A stretch of 64,000 bases of DNA from Octopus vulgaris (taxonomy: Eukaryota). Shown here one piece after another: positions 1 through 14,991 of the stretch. The notes under the pieces are model-generated. The model did not search any database. It worked only from the letters and a program-made list of their open reading frames with translations, and was not told the DNA's origin. The stretch is taken from the NCBI GenBank assembly GCA_951406725.2, contig OX597825.1, positions 85,560,001-85,624,000 on the forward strand, written 5' to 3'. Within the stretch, counting starts at the first letter, position 1, and each line of letters opens with the position of its first letter. Made by a program: the position numbers and the translations under genes.

Positions 1-140
1 TACATTCATACATACATACATACATACATACATACATACATACATACATACATACATACATACATACAAAAATACCCTGTAGTTGATGTTGAAATTCCAA
101 TGAAGGAGCCTTATTTAATTTTTTTTTTTTTTTGCTTGGT

Positions 141-357
141 AAGGTGGCGATCTGGCAGAAACGTTAGCACACCGGGCGAAATGCTTGCGGTGTTTCGTCT
201 GTCTTTACGTTCTGAGTTCAAATTCCACCGAGGTCGACTTTGCCTTTCACTCTTTCGGGGCCGATAAATTAAGTACCAGTTGCGTACTGGGGTCGATCTA
301 ATCGACTGGCCCCCTCTCTAAAAAATTCGGGCCTTATTCCTTGAGTAGAAAAGAATA
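141..357 (+). mobile_element. tRNA-derived SINE family A, full length
   Basis: A-box-like TGGCAGAAACG and B-box-like GAGTTCAAATT; body GAGGTCGACTTTGCCTTTCA...AAGTACCAG...GGGGTCGAT shared with many other copies in the window. Confidence 0.9.
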
Positions 358-639
358 TTTCTGGCCTTGGGAATAGTAGACCCGTCAGAGCTTTAAGCTA
401 TGTAGTCTTCTGTTTTTTTAATGTCTATCCTTTCATGGTGAGGGCTGGCAGACCCCATGGCTCCCTTTGCAGATCCTCTGAAACTGGTGAAAATGAAGGG
501 GAGAGAAAGATACCTTCAAACTGGAAACCAGGCTTGAAGGCTTGCAACATAATGGACTATGAGAAACGCCTACCCAAGCTACCAGGTGGCGCTGCTAAAC
601 TGGATGACAGTTTAGTCAACCAGCCACGTAGGCTGTCGT

Positions 640-990
640 GAGATTCGAACTCAGAACAAGAAGAACTGGGACAAACACCACGAAGCATCCGATCCATCGT
701 TATCACAGTTTTGCCAATTCACCGCCATTCATGATTACTACTTTTGCCATCAACCTCAAAAAGAAGACGAGTGAAATTGACCTCGGCAGGATTTGAACTT
801 CGGACACCGAGTGACAACACCAATGCCGTGCAATATTCAATGTGACAGCCTTTTGATCTTTTAAGTTCAAATCTCGTCGAGGTCGATTTTACTTTTCATC
901 TTGCTAAGTTCGATAAAATAAGGCCTCACTCAAGTGCTTCCCTTTGCCAACCCCAAAATTCAGGACTTCTGCCAATGTTCGAGACCACTG
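640..990. mobile_element. Cluster of degenerate SINE-A fragments (two minus, one plus)
   Basis: TTCGAACTCAGAAC...TTGCCAATTCACCGCC; GACCTCGGCAGGATTTGAAC; AGTTCAAATCTCGTCGAGGTCGATTTT. Confidence 0.65.
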
Positions 991-1157
991 ACGCTCGAAG
1001 TCATCACTGCTATTTGCTATTTGCTATATCCCTATGTATTTGTGGTTCATAAATATTTATATTACTGTATCTGTCGTTAACCTGCAGTTTATAGAATATA
1101 CTTATTACATGTCTACACTGGTACACTATACTGTCTACATGGTTATTCATCCGTTTT

Positions 1158-1650
<493 letters not shown>

Positions 1651-2299
1651 TATGTAAGTATGTATCTGCTTGTCTATTAGTCTATATTAGCATCTATGTA
1701 TATACTTACATATGTGTGTTAGTCTTTCTGTCTATCAACCTATCCTTTAATCTAACGACACATTTGTTTATTTATATATCTGTCTGTCTGTCTGTCTAAT
1801 TCTCTTGCATCCACACCGCCAACACCCCAGTTATAAATATCAACATCAACAACATCAGCAACAACAACAACAACAACAACAACAACATGAGCTACAACAC
1901 AAAGAACGGCACGGCAGCATAGAAACAAACAACAACATTGTCCACTGCAATGTCATGAACAATAACAACAACATCAACCCCAGCATCAAAAACAACAACA
2001 ATCAAGCTGGTGCGCCTATGTCAGTTTTCGGATTGCTAGAAATAACAACCAAATCCACTTCAAATCACACCTTATTCTCTTTAAATGGGAAACAACACAC
2101 GAGATAGTTAAATCCTACAGAGCCATAAATGATGGGTTGGTCACGGTTAGAATGGCTTTGATTCATTGTCTGTTTGTCAGGGTTGACCCGGGGCTGAGCA
2201 ATACCAGCAGCAACAAAACGAAACAGATTCAATGATATTATAAAATGTATAATTGCGTATGTATGAATGCGTGTGTGTAGAAGTATATACACCGATTTT

Positions 2300-2960
2300 A
2301 TGGTATCAGCATCGTGTTGAGAAATGATGCAGTTGTGATGTTGTCTGGCGGTGGTGTTGTGGTTATATCCTGTTGTGTTTATTTTGAGTTGTGGGTGTTG
2401 TGTTGATGCATTGTTGTGATGACGTTGTGTTGTGGTATTTTTGAGACATTTGCACTATAACTGGCGTTGTGAAATGTTAGCATTCTAGTGTAGTGAGGTT
2501 GAATTATAATGTCATCGTGGTGACGTTGGATGGTGTTTACGTTGTAGTGTATAGACGTTGCGTTGTGGTCACGTTGTAGTATAAGATGGTGTGGTTGTGA
2601 TGAATTGATGAATTCACCTCAAGTGAAAATGGCACGTTAACTACAACACAACGTCACCACACTACAATGCCACCAGAGCACAACGCCACCACTCTACAAC
2701 ACTAGCACGTTGCTACAACCACGAAGCAACCATTCTACAACGTCACCATGCTACGATGTTACTTCTCTACAACGTCACTCTCTCTACAAAGTAACGTCAC
2801 CACTCTGCTGCGACGTCACTTCACTACAACGTCAATATACCTCCACACCGCCACGCTACGACGTTAGCACACCACAACGTCGCTACTCTACGACGTCCTT
2901 ACACCAAACCGTCACCGTAGGCGTCGCTACACCGCTACGTTTCCCCGCCACCAACACCAC
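2300..2960. repeat. Degenerate minisatellite in inverted arrangement
   Basis: GACGTTGTAGTG-like units at 2300-2600 face CACTACAACGTC-like units at 2640-2960. Confidence 0.7.
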
Positions 2961-5131
2961 CAGCTCCGTTATATAAACTCAGCACACAGCAAGACACATG
3001 GCTACATCCTCATAATTATTCATATCTCAGCAAAACACAACATAGCAGTAAGCTATCCCTGCATCATAGCATCACCACACACACACACACACGTCAGAAC
3101 ACACCAACACATACATCATCCTCTATGCATACACGCACACACACACTCACACGCGCGCGTACACACGTGTCAGAGCATACGAGGATGTGTTTATACTACC
3201 ACATCGTCGCTGTATACTCTAAATCTCGTATAGTAACACCACCAAGACAAACACTGAACCGCTTTGCACCGACACAACATCGGAGAGAGACACCAACCGA
3301 CGCTCACGTCACAATACGCCCACACAGCGTGTCAGCACTACAACACAGCTATGGCAGTACACACACACACACACACACATACATATATATATATACATGC
3401 ACACACACATATATACATACATACACACATACATATATACATACACACACATACATATATACACACACATAAATACAAACATACATACATACATAGGTAC
3501 ATACATAGGCACATACATATATATATATACATACACATACATACACACATACATACACACATACATACACACATACATACACATGCATACATACATACAT
3601 ACATACATACACATACTTACATACATACTTACATATACACATACATAAATACATACATACAAACATACATACATACTTGTATACATTTATATACACTTTC
3701 ATGGAGGTACTATGTCTGAATAAAGAGTGGTCATGCCACGGCTGGAACGCCTTTGGTGATAGGGCTGACCTGAAGTTAAATAGCATCAACAGTGGCAGAG
3801 CAACATTAATCAATGTGACTCCACAGCACCCCACCACGAGAATCAGCGGCACAGACACTACCACTACAACCACCACCACCACCGCCAATAACAGCACTAC
3901 TATAGTCCCCACCACAGCCACCTCTACTACCACCACCACCACCATCATCACCACGCAACTGCTCAACACAACCTAGACATCGCCAGCACCACCACCACCT
4001 CAAAAAGCAATAACACAAACACTGCCACTACCTCTACCACTACCACCACTCCACACTGCAACACACGATAGCACTACCGCCGCAACAACAACAACAACAC
4101 CCACACACACCAGTACCAACGCTACTCAATACCACAACACAACGGTATTCAAGCAACGATCACAACAGAATAACAACCGAGTACAACAGCACTGAATGTC
4201 ACAACAGAAAACTGCCACCACCAACACCACCACCACTAACACAACCACAACAGTCCACAATAGTCGTACCACCACCATCACCATCACCATCACCACAACA
4301 ATAACACGACACTCCGCCGTCACCTTCACCGCCAACAAACAACACCGCTAGCACACAACTCCATTAGACAGCTACATAAGCAACATATCAACAGGTTATA
4401 AAATCGATATTTCAAATAGCGCTGGCGAGAAATCTGCTTTGTAAGAAATAATCCTCTCACCCTGCGGTCTATTGGATCCCGTTTCGAACCCGGTTGGACA
4501 CCTCTTCTATTCGTTTACCCAAATCTAAAGTTTATCGTTCACTTTTTAAAAATTTATTTTAAATGATGATGAATATAATTTATATTCAGTTACAGCCCAG
4601 GTGTCTGTCGTTTCGGATTTTGCAATTGCGATGTTTTCCCCTTTCGTAAATGTATATAAGGACACAGGAAAAAATGTGTCAAAGCCATCAGGAGGCATCG
4701 ATGCTTCCTAGGGCTAAACAGCGGTGGTGTAACCCCCTACTACTGTCACATTCACGTTAGATTGACAGTATACAACCATTCTATTTTTATTATATTTACA
4801 CCCAAAACATCTTTTGCTTTGATTTTTAGGGTTTTTTCTTTGTGGGAGCACAAACGGTAAAGTTCCTGTAACGCTTTATCTACCCGTCAACTCTCTGTAG
4901 ACAGATGGATAAATAAGACGGAACAGGAATATCCTGATATATCTGTTTGACAATGTATTTGTCTATCAAATGCTATACCAAGGAATCTAATCTTGCGTGA
5001 TACACAATCCCATACACACACGCTAACCCCTGCACACACGATCGCATATAGCAGTAAACATACATTAAACGTATGTATACACACTAATACACACAAACAT
5101 ATATACATCAATACATATATATATACATATA

Positions 5132-5345
5132 TACTAGGGTATGCTGTAAAGTTCCTGGTTTTAAGAGTGTTGCGAAAAGCCTGACTGGAGGCCCAAACTT
5201 CTGAGTTCTTTTAAAGGGCTTAGAAAACCCGAAGGACCACTGCAATAAATGTGCGAATCTGAGAGGGGAACATGTTAAATAAAATAACTGATCCTCCTGT
5301 ATTTTCTTTTGCTCAAAGCCAGGAACTTTTCAGCGACCCCTTGTA
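5132..5345 (+). mobile_element. Mariner-derived MITE/deletion derivative
   Basis: Imperfect TIRs (GGGTATGCTGTAAAGTTCCTGGTTT / AAAGCCAGGAACTTTTCAGCGACCCC), TA flanks, and an internal remnant CNKCANLRGEHVK resembling a mariner transposase C-terminus. Confidence 0.75.
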
Positions 5346-5377
5346 TGTGTGGATGGATGGATGTGTGTGTGCGCGCG

Positions 5378-5523
5378 CGTGTGGCAGGAAGCTTGCTTCC
5401 GAACCATATGGTTTCAGGTTCACTCCCAGTTCGTAACATCTTAAGCAAGTGTCTTCTACTATGGCCACTGGCCGACCATAGCCTTGTGAGCGGATTTGTG
5501 AGACGGAAACTGAAAGAAACTTG

Positions 5524-5568
<45 letters not shown>

Positions 5569-5772
5569 GTGTGTGTGTGTGCACTCTTGTGTTTGTGTTT
5601 GACTACCGGTGTTGGTGTGTTTATATTCCCATAACTTAGCGGTTACAGTAAGTACCAGGCTTCACCAAAAATCAAAAAGCAATAGGTACTAGGGCACTTC
5701 GTTCGACTAAATTCCTTCAAGACAATGCCCCAGCATGGCCACAGTCTAATGACTGAAACAAGCAATAGATAA

Positions 5773-5776
<4 letters not shown>
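5378..5776 (+). mobile_element. SINE family B (tRNA head, CORE-like segment, internal TG/TA microsatellite, LINE-like 3' tail); probably OR2-like
   Basis: GAAGCTTGCTTCC...GCAAGTGTCTTCT...GACGGAAACTGAAAGAA-(TG)n-...TGCCCCAGCATGGCCACAGTCTAATGACTGAAAC. The family name is from recall only. Confidence 0.85.
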
Positions 5777-5816
<40 letters not shown>

Positions 5817-5889
5817 CATGTATGTATGTATGTATGTATGTATGTATGTATGTATGTATGTATGTATGTATGTATGTATGTATGTATGT

Positions 5890-6130
5890 ATACTGGGCCG
5901 GCCTTGTTCAAGGCTGAGCAATTGTTTCTAAACCTTACAAAGTTCCTTCCCAAAGCACAGACTTAAGCAAGACTCTTTTTTTCTTATCCCACTAGTTACC
6001 CATGTATGCGAATTTCCCCTCTCCACATCATTGATTTTGTCCAAGAGATGGAAAATTGGTCACACATTGGCATCATGGAGTATATTACCATTACAGCAGA
6101 TCACAAAGCAGGTAGCGATAGCGCAATGTA
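5890..6130 (+). pseudogene. Possible Gypsy-type integrase relic
   Basis: YWAGL...VSK...PTSYPCMRIS...IDF spacing weakly resembles an integrase N-terminus. Confidence 0.3.
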
Positions 6131-6317
6131 ACCCCTACAAAACTCCAGTAATGTTGCGAATACAATGCCCTGCAATCGTCCCTGGAGGCATATAAAGCAA
6201 ACTAACTTTGATGCGATTTGAAATCACTGTGTGTGTGTGTGTGTGTGTGTGTATGAGACCAAACTTTTGGCTAAAATGCCTGCCTTCGAGCACACTTTAG
6301 AATTATGTATATAGACA

Positions 6318-6363
<46 letters not shown>

Positions 6364-6626
6364 GGAGAAATTGTACAAAATGTATAAATGGATGATGAGT
6401 AAAAAGCTTCACTAGAGATTTCTTGAGTCGGCTTACGTACCACTATATGCTCTGCTTTGGTTTTGTTGTTCTTTTTTCCTTTAATATATACCTGCTATCT
6501 CGGAACCCTGCTAGAGATCCTGGCTGCAGCTTCAGCTAAGAACTTGGAACCTAATGGATGACCAAGTATAGCACTTACAAAGCGTACCTATTTGTCTAGA
6601 TCAGCAGTGAACTAAACCCGTTATAT

Positions 6627-6684
<58 letters not shown>

Positions 6685-6707
6685 TAGATAGATAGATATA
6701 TATATAT

Positions 6708-6785
<78 letters not shown>

Positions 6786-6867
6786 TCAGATGAATATGGT
6801 ACTTAAGTTGAAACCAAAATTTAGTACGGTATTATCCATACAATTTCAAAGTAAGGTGATTAAAAGT

Positions 6868-6999
6868 AAAATAAGCAACAAGGTTATCCAGAGGTAATGC
6901 AGTACAATCGTTTCATGCAACTCCATTTAAGTGAAGTTAAATGGAGTTGCATGAAACGATCGTACTGCATTACCTCTGGATATCCTTGTTGTTTATTTT
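6868..6999. repeat. Near-perfect 132-bp hairpin
   Basis: 63-bp arms around a GTGAAG loop; contains GAAAC-GATC-GTA. Confidence 0.88.
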
Positions 7000-7069
7000 G
7001 ATTGATATATACATACATACATTTATATATATATATATATATATGCATATATCCGTACATATACGTATA

Positions 7070-7330
7070 TCACCATACTCGTCCGTCGGGCCGACGAAAA
7101 CCATCTGGTCATTCTTAAAGATGACTGATGACCGGCGTCGTGACATTGTTTAAAGTGAAGTAGATTTGTGCACCGTCAACCATGCTATTTCGCCCGTGAA
7201 CATCTTCAAACAAGTGGCAAGACCAAATGAAGATGAGAGGGCATGGATACGGTACATGTCTATGTGGTGGAATTAGACATCTTGTTTTGCTCATCTTGCT
7301 CTCAATACGCCACCACAACTACCTCCCCCT
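7070..7330 (-). pseudogene. Decayed RTE-like LINE 3' fragment
   Basis: Remnants resembling ARM..R and ED...R.AW...GAQIY, plus an RTE-like end ATGGTTTTCGTCGGCCCGACGGACGA. Confidence 0.45.
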
Positions 7331-7817
7331 CCCTTGATCTTTGACGGTTTCGTCCACAGACACCATCATAGACAGTCTTCACGTGTACAGGTAGGCGATC
7401 CCTAATATGCTAATTAGCTTATTACTGGAACCCTGACGTGTGCTACAACTCCGAGTCCCAGTAATTCTGAGAACACTATTGGCTAAGTTGTGCTTTCACA
7501 TCTCTCAAAATCCCTGGAACCTCCGAACCACGACTAAGGGCAAAGGCTGCAGGTTTTAAAGTCATCCAGGCCGTATGCAGACACACAAACGCGTGAACAC
7601 ACACACACACACAAACACACACGCATATTTATATCTATATTTCGCTAAATAATGGTGCGACTAATAACCTGGAGTAGAACTAAATATACGCATGTTTCAA
7701 AACAAAGTGTTAGACAAGTATAGAGCGGTAATAAAGAAAAGCGATGACACAGGAGAAAAAATGGTTATATTACGAACTAACAGCTGTTTCTGCATTCAGC
7801 GCTTAATTGAGTGTCTG

Positions 7818-7893
<76 letters not shown>

Positions 7894-8948
7894 ATGTGAC
7901 TTTATGCCTCTGAGAGTTAAGCAAACCGGAAGAAAATAGAGCGTAAATATACTCTACCTCAACCAGTCAATATGGAATATTTATTATTTCAAGTTAAGTC
8001 GCGGGACATCTAGAAGCTTCTCAGACTAGTCACACCTTCAGTCGCCGTTGAACTAAAGACAGGTAGCTTTGTCTAGCTACTCTCACGCTCTTACAGTATG
8101 TGTGTGTATGCATGTACGTATGCATGTACGTATGTATGTATGTATGTATGTATGTATGTATGTATGTATGTATGTATGTATGTGTGTATGTATGTACTTA
8201 CGTATATATGTGTGTATGTATGTACGTCCTCGTTACTGTTATTATGAAAGATTGCAATACACATCAACCACGAAGAATGAAATGAATTGGGCATTGTATA
8301 TATCACCGAGAAATAATAACTGTCTTAGAGAGATATTTTCAAAATATTCCATGAGTGAAACGGTGAATGGAATATGTAGGGGGACGCTTAAATACAAGAC
8401 AGATACAAGAGAGAAGACATACACAGAGTAGCTTGGTCCACGAACGGGGACGGTAGAGTTTTATTGCTTCTGAACAAGATGTGCGGCTACCGAGAGTACA
8501 CAGTGACCTAAAGGGTAGTCGGTGCTATGACCATGTATGTGTGGGTGCTTGTGTGAATGTATGATGTGCTTTTCAATAATGCAGGTGTATAGGTTGTAGG
8601 TGTATATATATATATATATATATAATGTTAACTTGTGTGTGTATGTGTGTGTAGAGAGAGAGTGAGAGAGGGACAGATAGAAACTCAAAGAACGGCTGAA
8701 TGAGAGAGATTGAGAGACGGAGAGGGAGAGAAAGCGGAAGAGAGAAGAGAAGAAAGGAGAGATGAAGAGTGTGAGAGAGAGAGAGAGAGAGAGAGAGGGG
8801 ATAAATAAACCCTGAAAGTAAGACAAAGAAAGTATTGTGCAAGGTAGGCGCAGTATTAGTATTAGTACAATGTTTTTATTCACAAACCCTTTTGGAGGTG
8901 GAGAATGAGAGATGAGGAGAAAAGGGAGAAGAAAGAGAGATAGAGAGT

Positions 8949-8982
<34 letters not shown>

Positions 8983-9914
8983 TTAGTGTTTGTGTTATGT
9001 AGTTGTATAATAATATTCCACGCCGACCTTCTTCTTCTCCTCCACCCCCCCACCCCCACCGAAGCACCTGGTCCATTCACAGCAATGCGCGCTGTTTGAA
9101 GCATCGTTGCAGCTCGCCCACTCTTCTTCTTCTTCATTCAGCTTACAAACCGCGAAAATACTATCATTTTTAACAGCCTATTGTAAATTGCACAGTTCGA
9201 ACCCGTTTTAAATTCGCACTCGCTCTGGGGCAGTGTTTATAATTTTTTCATTCATTTATACTCATTCCGTATTTTATCCCCGACTCTGTTGCTCTCCTTC
9301 TTTCATTTTCTTCTTATTTGCATAATGTAAGTGGGATAGTACCAGGTTCGACCGCCGCTACATGACCTTCCTCCCCTTTTCCCCACCTCTTCCATAATGT
9401 TCGACAAACATTAAGCAAAATATCCGTCATAGTTATCTCTGTGACTATAGCTATTACTACTATTACTATTAACAATCTGCTTTCCCCCCCCCTCCGTTAA
9501 AAATAATGCCCATAGTAGCCGTGATTCGAACCCGCGATTCTACGAATTCAACGGTTGAGGCACAAAACAACCGACTTGTCCACACACATATTGCTGTCAA
9601 TATTCCGTAGTGTTCAAAATAAAGTACAAAATTATCCTCTTCACCACCGTGCATCCAGTACTCCTACCACACACACGCAAACACACACACACACACGCAC
9701 ACACTTAAATCAGATACCGTGTTGTTCTCTCCCCACTCCTCACGACTTCCAGCCCTCTTCACATTCATCATTTTCACCTGTCTTACAGCTGTGTTAATCA
9801 ACAGGTAAAGGAATTGAAAAAAAAAACTAATAAACATAATTACCATTGCTATAATAATCTTAATAATCTTAATTCTAGTTAACTTTATGACTGTCCTCGA
9901 ACAAAAATTTAGCT

Positions 9915-9985
9915 GCCTGCGATACGACACGAACCCACAACTATTCTTCCGAAAACCGATTCGCTATCCACTTGACCAATGCGAC
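9915..9985 (-). pseudogene. tRNA-like relic (Arg-UCG-like or SINE head)
   Basis: TGGTCAAGTGGATAG...TTCGGA...GTGGGTTCG at tRNA spacing; stems are degenerate. Confidence 0.35.
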
Positions 9986-10742
9986 AGGAAAACAACACCT
10001 GCGCAACTGCTAACTTCCTAAACTCTAAAAGGTAAATTCAGGTGCGGGAATCGATGAAAAATTTGGTCGGATTTTTTGGACAGGTAGGCAGACAGATTAC
10101 CTGGCAAACAGAGAGACAGACAGGCAGGTAACGAAGCAAACAGGCTTATTATATACACCTGGCTGTAGAACATCTACACATTACGTAAGAACGGTTAATC
10201 AACAGCATGGTTTTAGCACTTGCTTCGTCTGGCTTCACCAAATAGCAATTTATCTCACTTCAAAGCGAAACGAAGAAAGAATTACAAAAGAAAACTAGAG
10301 AACGAAAAATACCCGAAGTGAAAAGATAGGAGAGAAGCGTTAAAGAATCCAAACTATATTGAAAGATCAAAGAAGTTTGGAGTGGGCGAGGAATTATTTG
10401 ATGAAAAGATAAACATAGAGAACAGCAGCACCGATTCCGGCTGGTTCTGAAATAAATGTAAGTTCTATATCTATTTATGTATATGCAGGTGTATATATAT
10501 ATATATGTTTAATTGATGCATGCGTGCATGTGCATGCATATGTTTGAATACACATGTAGCGGTGTATGTGAGTATGCAGGCAGGCTTGTGTATATCTTCC
10601 TATTTATCCATCTATCTATGTATTTATCTGTCTGTTTTTCTACTTAAATACTTATCTCTATCATTCAATCTGGTTGCTAATCTCCGTATATGTGTGTGTG
10701 TATGTGTATATATTTATTTATTTATATATATATATATTTATT

Positions 10743-10794
<52 letters not shown>

Positions 10795-11170
10795 ATGTAT
10801 GTATATGTATGTGTAAACACACGTATTCAAACGCGCACCTGTCTGTACGCTTGGCAATTTTAAACGTAAAAGAAAAATGAATGAGAGTTAAGGAATAACA
10901 TGAATGATGTTACCAAAGAATAAAAGCGATGACAGCAACAGCGTCAAATATAAACAACAAAATCAAACAAACAACAAACAGCACAACAACAGCAACAACA
11001 AGAAGAAAAGAATTAAAGAATTAAAGAATTATGAGCTTTTTCTCTGTTTTCATTCTTAAAATGTTTTTCATTTTGGTTTTGAAAATTTAAGAAAAGAAAT
11101 AAAATGAAACGAAAAGGTTAAAGATATTCATTCAGAAGTTATATATAGACAGACAGACAGACAGACAGGC

Positions 11171-11276
<106 letters not shown>

Positions 11277-11310
11277 GTAGACAGACAGACAGAGAGATAG
11301 CTATACGTTC

Positions 11311-11356
<46 letters not shown>

Positions 11357-12054
11357 CATATATATGTATGTATATTTATATATGTGTATATGTATAAATA
11401 TATATATATATATGCATACATCTTACAAGTATATTTATATACCTCAACACTGAATTTATATGTGTATATATGTACAACTATTTGTATTTGAATATGTATA
11501 TATCTATGCATATTCATATACATAAATATTATGTTTATATGCATATAATACATATATATATATATATATATATTTCATGTATACCCACGCGCACATATAT
11601 GTATGTATGTATACATGTAAATATCTACAGAGATAAATATACCTAGATATATGTACATATATATGTGTGTGTATATAAATATATATAATGGCATACATAA
11701 ACACATACATTTACCTGTTTAACAGTATGTATAGTATATCGTTATTGTACTTATCAATCTATTAGTTATTATTCCAACAACATCATATCTATCTGAGGAG
11801 GCTGAAGGTATTTTCGGTTAAACCTAACGCCGAATTTCACTGTAGCAGACGACACGAATTGCGGTGTTTTACAGGACTGGATTTATGTTTATTATTACAC
11901 CTACACGCTTTTTTGATAGCTTCTCCATCATAGCAACACACAAACACACACACACACACACAACACGTATATTCGTCTGTAGATGTATAGTGTAATACTT
12001 CGCAGTGTTTACATACATATATATTCGTATATACGTATATGCATATATACACAT

Positions 12055-12107
<53 letters not shown>

Positions 12108-12115
12108 GTATATAA

Positions 12116-12258
12116 TTATCTTTTCTGGTATAGGCACAAGGGTTGAACATTTGGGCGACCGGGGCCCATCGATATCATCGACACCAGTATGCAACTGGTA
12201 CATATTTTATCGATCTGCAATGGATGAAAAGCAAAAATCGTGATTTGAACTCAGAACT
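12116..12258 (-). mobile_element. SINE-A, 3' part
   Basis: TAGGCACAAGG...CAACTGGTAC...GGATGAAAAGCAAA...TTTGAACTCAGAAC is the reverse complement of the family body. Confidence 0.8.
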
Positions 12259-12316
12259 CGGTGTGCTACCACTTCTACCCACTCACAAAATTATACAAAC
12301 TATATTTATGCATGCA

Positions 12317-12416
<100 letters not shown>

Positions 12417-13306
12417 TTTGTTTTGACGTGTCTATACGTATGCTGGCGTCAAATTCTTCGGCACGGTTTCACTTCCTTGCTCAGTCATTTCCTCTGCCCT
12501 TCCCCGTCGTACCTACCTTCGTGTCAGGCAGTTCCTCGTCTCGAGTTTTTCTTCAAATTGCTGTCTCAGCAGTCTATAGGGAGAACAAAGCACCTTCACA
12601 CACACAAACACGCACGCACACATTCACATATACGATCGCATTAACGTTCATATATATATATATATATATATATATACATTAAGTTGTATTCACAACATAC
12701 ACATGAACATACAATATCTAAAAACCACAATTTTTCTGTTTTGTTTCAATTTGGTACTTGTGTTTTATTTTTTTGTTTTGTGTAGAATTGATATTTAATA
12801 AACACTTCGATCTCTATCAGTGTATTTATTTACACAAGTAAGACTGGAAATATGAATATATACACATCATCATTATCTAGTCACGCTTTATCGGACACAC
12901 TCACACGCACACAAACGCACACACAAACACACACACAAACACACATATATATGAGCGTGTATGTGAATCTAAATATACACATGTATATACATGTGTATCT
13001 AAATATGCACATGTATATACATTTTCTGGGAGGCACACACGCACATGCGCACACATTCCTACATGTGTTTAGCGTGCATGTGTTTAAACGTGTGAATGAT
13101 TGTTATATGAAAAGTTGACGGTCCACTTTTCGTTTTGTCCTTCTCTCGGTTGTCAATAATAAGGGAGAACAAACAAGGCAAGGGCTGAAACTCAACCTTT
13201 TCCTGCGATAAACATATTTATATATCCATCCTACCCACTGTATTGAGATCTACATCAGATAAAGTTTGCACAACGTAAAAGATGCTTCAGTTTAATTTAC
13301 AACTAT

Positions 13307-13364
<58 letters not shown>

Positions 13365-13407
13365 TATACACACGCACACACATATATATATATATATATA
13401 TACATAC

Positions 13408-13440
<33 letters not shown>

Positions 13441-13661
13441 TGTATGTATGTATGTATGTATGCATGCATGTATATGCATGTGTGTGGGTGTTTGTACTCC
13501 ATCACCGCTTAACAACCGGTTTTGATTCGTGTACGTTCTAGTGATTTAAAGGCAAAAGAAACCGGTAAATAAGAACCAGCCTTAGAAACCTTTCCATCCC
13601 TGAAGCAACTAAAAGATACCCACACATATGTATGCACGTATATACATAATACATATTTTAT

Positions 13662-13748
<87 letters not shown>

Positions 13749-13750
<2 letters not shown>

Positions 13751-13903
13751 CGCAGTGGTAAGAAGCTTGCTTCCCAACCACATTGTTCTGGGTTCGGTCT
13801 CTACTAAAACCTCGGGCTGCCCAAAGTCTTGTAAGTCGATTTGGTAGATGGAAATTGAAAGAAACCCGTTGTGTATATATAAATTTTATATAAATAGATA
13901 TAT

Positions 13904-13955
<52 letters not shown>

Positions 13956-14140
13956 GCGTGTCTGTCTTTGTCCCTCAATCATTTCTTGACAACCGATGTT
14001 GGTGTGTTTGTGTCCCCGAAACATAGCGGTTCGGCAATATGAGACCGATTACTAGGCTTACAAAGAATTAAGTCCTGGGTTCGATTTGTTCGACTAAACG
14101 CCGCAATGAAACGATTGAAACATGTAAAAGAATAAAAGAA
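13749..14140 (+). mobile_element. SINE-B
   Basis: GGTAAGAAGCTTGCTTCCCAACCAC head, internal (TA)n, GCGGTTCGGC...GGCTTACAAAGAAT...GTAAAAGAATAAAAG tail. Confidence 0.87.
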
Positions 14141-14187
14141 TATGAATATATATATATATGTGTGTGAGTGTGTTCTCTCTCTCTCTC

Positions 14188-14234
<47 letters not shown>

Positions 14235-14576
14235 GCACGCACACACATATATATATATATACATATATTCGTATGTTACGTATGTATCAGTCTACACCAT
14301 TGACCTTGCATCTCTGAACAATTGTGTTATGATTTCCATGTCATGGTCTCTCATTCTTTACCAGGGCAATCACGTCGTCTGATATCTTGCCCATTAGCAC
14401 ACGTATAAGCTTACAGAATGTAGGTATGCATATATACAAGTGCATATGTGCGTATGTGTTTATGCATCTGTGTGAATTTGTAAATACTTGTATATATATA
14501 TCATGGCTAGGTACAGAATTATGAATGGATGAACGTTGTATATTTTCATATTTGTTTGAAAATATTTAACTACATA

Positions 14577-14620
<44 letters not shown>

Positions 14621-14790
14621 ACATGTATATATATGTATATACATATACATATATACATATATACATATGTAGATGTCAAATACCTGCAATCCGGTCTAAA
14701 TTTTGTTCTCTATGTTCAACCCAAGCGAATGAGCAAGAAAATACAAAAATATTGGATACATATGTATATATATATATATACATCTGCATT

Positions 14791-14848
<58 letters not shown>

Positions 14849-14905
14849 TATAGATAGATAGATAGATAGATAGATACATAGATACATACATACATACATA
14901 CATGC

Positions 14906-14991
<86 letters not shown>

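Noticed and set aside
73-95. TACCCTGTAG, the start of miR-10
   Set aside because: The match stops after 10 nt and there is no precursor hairpin.
1805-2107. Poly-Q/poly-N ORF resembling a transcription-factor segment
   Set aside because: Built on (CAA)n repeats, non-ATG start, no domain and no convincing splice sites. It cannot be supported, though it is not excluded.
2640-2960. CRISPR-like repeat/spacer array
   Set aside because: Units are short, degenerate and lack unique spacers; eukaryotic context and no cas genes.
3677-4350. Mucin-like Thr-rich ORF
   Set aside because: An (ACC/AAC)n low-complexity tract preceded by a dispersed repeat also seen near 2130-2200.
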